Source of the DNA: a virus
Lineage: Duplodnaviria > Caudoviricetes
Length of the DNA stretch: 50,668 nucleotides
Virus record (IMG/VR): IMGVR_UViG_3300048768_000066
Span: 1-50,668 of that record
Reading direction: 5' to 3' (one strand)
Shown here: piece after piece, positions 45,908-50,668 of the stretch
How positions within the stretch are numbered: position 1 is the first letter of the stretch
Layout of the letters: the number at the start of each line of letters is the position of its first letter
Translations under genes and position numbers: made by a program
Notes under the pieces: model-generated
Database searches by the model: none
What the model was told of the DNA's origin: nothing
The model's input: the letters and a program-made list of their open reading frames with translations, nothing else

Positions 45908-46086
45908 ACTTCCATTGCCTCCTCTAGTCTGAGATAATCCGGGTGTGTAGCCCCTTTGAGAAAGTTCTGCCATGCCTCTTCTTTCGTCTCGCCCTCCACT
46001 CTCGTTCCCTCAAGGGGGATGTGCAGATACGGTGTATGATAATCATAAGGGGCGATATATCTGAACCTCAATAGCCATAAACTCAT
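45904..46086 (-). CDS. Hypothetical protein
   Basis: Coupled ORF, GGAGG RBS. Confidence 0.6.
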   Translation of the reverse strand: MSLWLLRFRYIAPYDYHTPYLHIPLEGTRVEGETKEEAWQNFLKGATHPDYLRLEEAMEV

Positions 46087-46280
46087 GCCGCCGCCTCCTT
46101 AATTTTCTCAGCCACTTCGTAAATCCTCACGGTAATGTTACCGAGTACGATCTCCCTTGCCGCCACGCGGTTAGTCATGTCCGCTTCAACTGGTGTGAAA
46201 ACCGCAGGGTCAAAGACGCTCATGACTTCGATCAACAATGGATCGTTTTCATGAATCGTGATGTTGATGTTGTCCCTCAT
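46083..46280 (-). CDS. Hypothetical protein
   Basis: Start revised to MRDNI; ends KEAAA with the RBS for the next gene. Confidence 0.55.
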   Translation of the reverse strand: MRDNINITIHENDPLLIEVMSVFDPAVFTPVEADMTNRVAAREIVLGNITVRIYEVAEKIKEAAA

Positions 46281-46388
46281 CTCTCTTTTCCCTCTCTTTC
46301 TTTGTTGCCTCGGCCCATTTGTAGCCTTCTGGGTCGAGGACTGCGACAATCCCCTTGATATCTTCGATCAGCTTGTCAATCTCTTCGC

Positions 46389-46604
46389 TCACGGTGCTAC
46401 CTTTGCAGTACATATCCAGGTCCGGGGATCGGCAAATTCACCCTGCCATTCTAAGGGGTAGTGAGGATCGTCTTTTTCATACTTAAATGACGCTGCAATC
46501 AAGGGGCAGAAGAGGTCCTTTTGTGGATCATCCTTCACGCATTGGAAGCAATTTCGTTCCATGAATATATCCCCTTCGGCACCGTTGGATGGTCTGAATT
46601 TCAT
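46389..46604 (-). CDS. Cys-rich phage protein
   Basis: FRPSNGAEG..F...C..C...CP...W...CT pattern; GGAGGT RBS. Confidence 0.65.
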   Translation of the reverse strand: MKFRPSNGAEGDIFMERNCFQCVKDDPQKDLFCPLIAASFKYEKDDPHYPLEWQGEFADPRTWICTAKVAP

Positions 46605-46630
46605 GCATCCACCTCCTTTCCTATCCTCTG

Positions 46631-46885
46631 TCATAAATCGAAAAATTCTCTGTAGTTTTCCAGGATGGCAAGATCGTACTGATCTACTTTTGCCGCTATA
46701 AGATCATCCCATTTTAATCCAGATTCACTTATTAGTAATTCTGGCCCGTCAGATCCCAGAAGAAAGAGCGTTGCGATACAATAAGCAATCCCTTGAGTAA
46801 ATTCGTCTCCTTTATTCTTACGACTCGGACCCTTTTGCAGGTTCTGATAACATCTCCAGAGCTCATCTTTTGACATGACGTTCAT
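46631..46885 (-). CDS. Hypothetical protein
   Basis: GGAGG RBS before MNVMS. Confidence 0.55.
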   Translation of the reverse strand: MNVMSKDELWRCYQNLQKGPSRKNKGDEFTQGIAYCIATLFLLGSDGPELLISESGLKWDDLIAAKVDQYDLAILENYREFFDL

Positions 46886-46887
46886 GA

Positions 46888-47142
46888 TTATTTCCCCTCC
46901 TCGTATGGAACTTCTTTCAGCGGCTTCCCGCAGTAGCAGCAGAATTTCATTCCATTTTCTGTGGGTCCGCTGTCGGTGAAAACGAAGGCATTGTCGCAGG
47001 ATGTAAACCATGTTCCCTCGTCATCCTCTTTCCATTCACAAGGGATCATGGGGGCTTTCTCCTTGCCGAGTTCCCGCCATAGCCGGTCCTGATTTTTCGG
47101 ACTCCGTCGCGTTCTCATTTTATTTCTCTCCCATACATGCAA
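46888..47142 (-). CDS. Zinc-finger accessory protein
   Basis: CEW...WFTSC...F...KFCCYCGK. Confidence 0.65.
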   Translation of the reverse strand: MHVWERNKMRTRRSPKNQDRLWRELGKEKAPMIPCEWKEDDEGTWFTSCDNAFVFTDSGPTENGMKFCCYCGKPLKEVPYEEGK

Positions 47143-47527
47143 TTCAACAGGCGGTTTTCCTCATATCGCCTCCAGATGTCAGGAGCATTTTCCTTCATTA
47201 TTTCCAACGGATTCTTCATATTTCCTCACCGCCTTCTTGATTTCTTTTGCCGTCTGTCCTTCCAATGCTTCCGCCTGTCGGTATGCGCGTCACTATGGAA
47301 AATGAGCCACAAGGCGATTGAAATTCCAATCGAAGCCATTAAGTAGTAATACCATTCAGGAAACATTTTTCACCCCCTCCTCACCGTCCTGCCGATCATC
47401 CCCGTGTTGCCAAAACAGTCCCTGATCCACTGGCACAACAGGCCGAGCCCGTGGAGGAGCAGGATACCGCCGCCGATGCCGATCAGGATCACTCCGCAAA
47501 CTAAGATTGCTTCGCTGAATTCTGGAT

Positions 47528-47737
47528 TCATAGCCCTCTCTCCTTTGCCAGTTGCGTCATTTTAGAGTGAAAAGCGCGACTCCATTTTGCAAACCACGCC
47601 GCCCTTGCCGCCTCGTGGCCGCCGGGGAAGCGCACTCTATGCGCCTTGTTGGCGTATCGTTCCGCCTCCGGGATCAGGAGATTCCTGGCCCTGCTGTATG
47701 CAATATCCCGGTCATCGCATTTTTGAAAATTCCTCAT
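47528..47737 (-). CDS. Hypothetical protein
   Basis: Coupled to the YopX stop, GGAGG RBS. Confidence 0.55.
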   Translation of the reverse strand: MRNFQKCDDRDIAYSRARNLLIPEAERYANKAHRVRFPGGHEAARAAWFAKWSRAFHSKMTQLAKERGL

Positions 47738-48141
47738 TTTGCCTCCACCAGTTCCAAGTTCTCGTAGATATTGCCGATGACCTCCATGTTCCAATTCCCC
47801 GCTTTTCCTGTGCAGACATTTTCACCGAGAATCATGTTATAGAATCCGCACCGGAACGCCCCATCCTTAAAATAGACGGTGTTGGGAGCAGAATCTACCG
47901 GCTCGTCCGTTTCGTATTGGCTTTGAACACGGACAATATCCCCCTCGTAAATCTCCTTTCCGTTCTTGTCCAAAAGGCCGGTGAACTGCATGAGAACCGC
48001 ATCATCCCAATCTATCCATCTGAACCCATCATCATTAACTTGCACCCCCGCCCTTTTCCCCCATTCAGTAAAGACAATCTGTGTAACAGATAAGATTTTC
48101 TTTTGTATTTTATCCCACGCCTTGAACTTAATTTCCCTCAT
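47734..48141 (-). CDS. YopX family protein
   Basis: MREIKFKAWD...MQFTGLLDKNGKEIYEGDIV...EVIGNIYEN. Confidence 0.9.
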   Translation of the reverse strand: MREIKFKAWDKIQKKILSVTQIVFTEWGKRAGVQVNDDGFRWIDWDDAVLMQFTGLLDKNGKEIYEGDIVRVQSQYETDEPVDSAPNTVYFKDGAFRCGFYNMILGENVCTGKAGNWNMEVIGNIYENLELVEAK

Positions 48142-48336
48142 CCCAGCCTCCTTTAAGTGGGGAAGGCGGCTACTACTCCGCCCTCCCCGTTCACAGGTAC
48201 TTCCGCTTCAACCTCAAAGAACAAAGATTCGACGCGAGCCCTCCTCTCCTAATCTGGGCGACCGCTGGTGATGCTCTAAACATCTGCTTGTCCTGACTTG
48301 CTCCAGGCAACGAATCGCCCATTTTCCGTTTTATCC

Positions 48337-48352
48337 TGCAATCAGTGTGCCA
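48337..48352 (-). promoter_or_regulatory. Sigma54 promoter for the leftward recombination/accessory operon
   Basis: Minus strand TGGCACACTGATTGCA, full consensus. Confidence 0.8.
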
Positions 48353-48380
48353 GGTTGAGTGATTTGTTGGCAATCAATAT

Positions 48381-48393
48381 AATCAAATGCTTA
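48381..48393 (+). promoter_or_regulatory. IHF-binding site
   Basis: AATCAAATGCTTA fits WATCAANNNNTTR; lies between promoter and palindromes. Confidence 0.65.
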
Positions 48394-48425
48394 TGAATTT
48401 TTCGTGTTGCAAGCCGATCACTATG

Positions 48426-48464
48426 TGGGGAATTATTACCCGTTTTCTGGGGAAAAATACCACA
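48426..48464. promoter_or_regulatory. Tandem 17-bp enhancer (UAS)-like sites
   Basis: TGGGGAATTATTACCCG and TGGGGAAAAATACCACA, 22 bp apart. Confidence 0.55.
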
Positions 48465-48527
48465 CTTTATGCCACAATACCATAGACCATAAAACATGCG
48501 TTTCAATGATATTCGCCGTTTGCGCAA

Positions 48528-48543
48528 TGGCATAGTTATTGCT
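48528..48543 (+). promoter_or_regulatory. Sigma54 promoter for the rightward operon
   Basis: TGGCATAGTTATTGCT fits TGGCAY-N5-TTGCW. Confidence 0.7.
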
Positions 48544-48556
48544 TAAGTTATGGGTC

Positions 48557-48751
48557 ATGAAATCACGCCATACTAAACCACCAACAAAGAAATGTCCCAA
48601 GTGCGGCGGCTTTTTGGTTTTTGGAGGAGTAATATACGGACGACCAGCTCCCCATTTAGGGACATGCGTTAATTGCGGGTTTTCCAGTGACTCTGAAAGT
48701 TTCTACGACGCCGTTCACAAGGTCCGGCGCAGCGTGAGAGGGGATGAATGA
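48557..48751 (+). CDS. Zinc-ribbon protein
   Basis: CPKCGG...CVNCG. Confidence 0.65.
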   Translation: MKSRHTKPPTKKCPKCGGFLVFGGVIYGRPAPHLGTCVNCGFSSDSESFYDAVHKVRRSVRGDE

Positions 48752-49098
48752 ATAATCGTGTCCCTTCAACTCCTTGGAATGTTGGGTATCAAAAGAACCC
48801 TCTTCCCTCCTTAATGGGAGACATTTTTGATAACCAAAAGGAACCGCGAAAGCGGTTGTCTGGTGTGCGCCGTGCCGGATGTAAAATAGAGTTAACGGCC
48901 AAAATTAAACCCAAACCTGCCCCTCACGCCTCTGGCATTGCTAAGAACCAGAAAAGTCCAAGCGAACCACGAGGGGCACCCGTTGGCCATAAATGCAACG
49001 GCAATATGCGGTATCGCAATCTCATATTTTGGCGGGAAGATGGGTCGTTATGGAAAAGGGGAGGGAAGGGCAATGAAAAGATATATCCTCGGGATTGA
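48748..49098 (+). CDS. Hypothetical basic protein
   Basis: Coupled ORF. Confidence 0.45.
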   Translation: MNNRVPSTPWNVGYQKNPLPSLMGDIFDNQKEPRKRLSGVRRAGCKIELTAKIKPKPAPHASGIAKNQKSPSEPRGAPVGHKCNGNMRYRNLIFWREDGSLWKRGGKGNEKIYPRD

Positions 49099-49555
49099 TC
49101 CGGGCACGGTCCAATCGGCTTTCGTCTATTGGGACGCGGACCAGAAGCGCATCATCGACAAGGGAATCCTGCCTAACGAAGACATGCTTCATTATATCAT
49201 CAATTATTACAAACTGGGATCAAATATGGATGTCATGGTGATTGAGGGCATCGCCAGTTTCGGGATGCCTGTCGGCAAAGAGGTCTTCGCCACCTGCATT
49301 TGGATAGGACGTTTCTGGCAGGCTTGTCAGTATCCGGTCCGCCTCCTCTACCGCCGGGAGGTCAAAATGTTCCTGTGCGGCAATATGAGGGCAAAAGACG
49401 GCAATATCCGGCAGGCATTGATGGATATGCTTGAAAAGGATGCCTGTAAGGGCGTCCATAAGGATATGTGGAGTGCCCTTAGCATATGCATAACTTATGC
49501 ATATAAAGCACAGCGCGAGACGGACGGGGAAATCGTTAAGGAGACGGGAATATGA
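49073..49555 (+). CDS. RuvC-like Holliday junction resolvase
   Basis: ILGIDPG, VIE, HKDMWSAL acidic triad layout. Confidence 0.8.
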   Translation: MKRYILGIDPGTVQSAFVYWDADQKRIIDKGILPNEDMLHYIINYYKLGSNMDVMVIEGIASFGMPVGKEVFATCIWIGRFWQACQYPVRLLYRREVKMFLCGNMRAKDGNIRQALMDMLEKDACKGVHKDMWSALSICITYAYKAQRETDGEIVKETGI

Positions 49556-49719
49556 ATGCACTTTATGATGAAATCGACAAGCTTAGGGCGGATATTGAAC
49601 ACTTAGCACGGCTTTGCCTATCCCACGGCCTGATCTCCCGTGGAAAGTTTGCATCCCTGCTGAAAATCGACAGGTGTGATGTCGATGAAAAAATGAAGGA
49701 GATAGCGGAGAGAATATGA
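49552..49719 (+). CDS. Small possible HTH protein (55 aa), not in ORF track
   Basis: GLISRGKFASLLKIDR; ATGA overlaps at both ends. Confidence 0.55.
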   Translation: MNALYDEIDKLRADIEHLARLCLSHGLISRGKFASLLKIDRCDVDEKMKEIAERI

Positions 49720-49964
49720 TAAACACTATATCGCGCAAGGTGAAAAGACAAGAGGATCATGTAATTTCCGTCACTTGCGACAAATGCAAAAAAGTTATAC
49801 ACACCGATGATTACACGGAAATTCAAGAAATGCACCATGTACGCTTTACGGGGGGATACGGATCGGTCTTCGGCGATGAATCCAAAGTCGAGTGTGACTT
49901 GTGCCAGCAATGCCTCAAGGAAGTGATCGGGCAATATTGCAGAGTGGACGGCGAGGCCCTATGA
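49716..49964 (+). CDS. Zinc-finger protein
   Basis: CDKCKK...GGYGSVFGD...DLCQQC. Confidence 0.7.
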   Translation: MINTISRKVKRQEDHVISVTCDKCKKVIHTDDYTEIQEMHHVRFTGGYGSVFGDESKVECDLCQQCLKEVIGQYCRVDGEAL

Positions 49965-50194
49965 CTCGCCGCTACCTTGCTCTCCTCGGCGCCATCATCC
50001 TCCTGGTGGCGATCTACTGCGGCCTGATGTGGATGCTGCTCCAGCCAGCGCCGAAGCCGACCAGACCTCCTGAATGGTCGCCTGCGGAGAAAGGGTGGGT
50101 CATTCACCGCATGCAGGTACACGGGATCTGGGGCTGTGAATGCGATGGAAATAATTGCTACTTTTATCGTAATGGCAAGAAATGTCCATTGTGA
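49961..50194 (+). CDS. Small N-anchored membrane protein
   Basis: MTRRYLALLGAIILLVAIYCGLMWMLL; Cys-rich C-terminus. Confidence 0.6.
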   Translation: MTRRYLALLGAIILLVAIYCGLMWMLLQPAPKPTRPPEWSPAEKGWVIHRMQVHGIWGCECDGNNCYFYRNGKKCPL

Positions 50195-50196
50195 AG

Positions 50197-50231
50197 ATTC
50201 CCCTTGACAATGCCATTAAAGGGAGTATTGT
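50197..50231 (+). promoter_or_regulatory. Sigma70-like promoter upstream of the replication gene
   Basis: ATTCCCC-TTGACA-16 nt-TATTGT. Confidence 0.6.
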
Positions 50232-50283
50232 GGATCTGCAACGATAAATGAGGCTGAGTGTGATTAACCAAAAACCAACAATT

Positions 50284-50344
50284 AAGGCCCGCCCAGATGA
50301 TAGACTCATCCTCTATCGTTGCAATCTGACGCGGGTCTTTTTTG
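50284..50344 (+). terminator. Terminator/attenuator hairpin in the replication gene leader
   Basis: AAGGCCCGC...CAGAT.../...ATCTG...GCGGGTCTT followed by a T-tract. Confidence 0.6.
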
Positions 50345-50363
50345 TTGGTGAAGGGTTGTCGCT

Positions 50364-50668
50364 ATGAAATGGTTTAGGTTTTGGACTGATACCGTGAACG
50401 ATGTTAAAATGCTCCAATTATCAGATTATGAATACCGGATTTGGACATATCTTTTGGCTTACGCTTCCGAAGTCAACTCACTTTCAGGTGAACTTCAAAT
50501 CACTTTCACATTACTTTCACTTCACTTTCACCAGCGTTTCAATCTTTTTTCACGCGCGATTGAAACGTTTCAAAAGGTGGGTTTGATTACTATATCCCAA
50601 GAAGGATATATTGTAATAACTAATTGGACTAAAAGACAATTCAAATCTGATAATGCTTATGAACGGGT
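50364..50668 (+). CDS. Replication initiator, N-terminal part (continues into 1-677)
   Basis: MKWFRFWTDTVNDVKMLQLSDYEYRIWTYLLAYA..., phage replisome-organiser N-terminal pattern. Confidence 0.8.
   Translation, partial: MKWFRFWTDTVNDVKMLQLSDYEYRIWTYLLAYASEVNSLSGELQITFTLLSLHFHQRFNLFSRAIETFQKVGLITISQEGYIVITNWTKRQFKSDNAYER
50542..50668. repeat. Terminal direct repeat, copy 2
   Basis: Identical to 1-127. Confidence 0.95.

Noticed and set aside
1-50668. Genome-wide TAG recoding
   Set aside because: Long genes are intact in code 11 and several end in TAG directly before the next RBS; only one internal amber was found

Overview
This window is an apparently complete ~50.54 kb circular tailed-phage genome. 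Positions 1-127 repeat exactly at 50542-50668 and cut through the replication gene, which looks like an assembly overlap. The architecture is podovirus-like: TerS-like gene, TerL, portal, scaffold, capsid, adaptor, nozzle with a LamG insert, fibres and three ejection-type proteins, with no tape measure. Other modules are a replisome-organiser gene, a metallophosphoesterase, an AAA_24 NTPase, YopX, a RuvC-like resolvase, two HNH genes, a PurD-like ATP-grasp enzyme and a crowded lysis region. I recognised no integrase, repressor, polymerase, RT, tRNA or CRISPR array. Top observations: (1) three consensus sigma54 (-24/-12) promoters sit at operon heads, with nearby IHF sites and phased 17-bp enhancer-like palindromes, yet the phage has no recognisable enhancer-binding protein; (2) four consecutive fibre/adhesin-like genes carry Sec signal peptides; (3) a dif-like XerCD site with an IHF site lies after terS in an integrase-free genome; (4) a holin-like gene is interrupted by one in-frame amber codon; (5) a 28-aa acidic peptide is coupled to the ATP-grasp ligase; (6) there is a candidate 174-nt structured RNA. 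All calls come from reading motifs by eye; no database searches were run.
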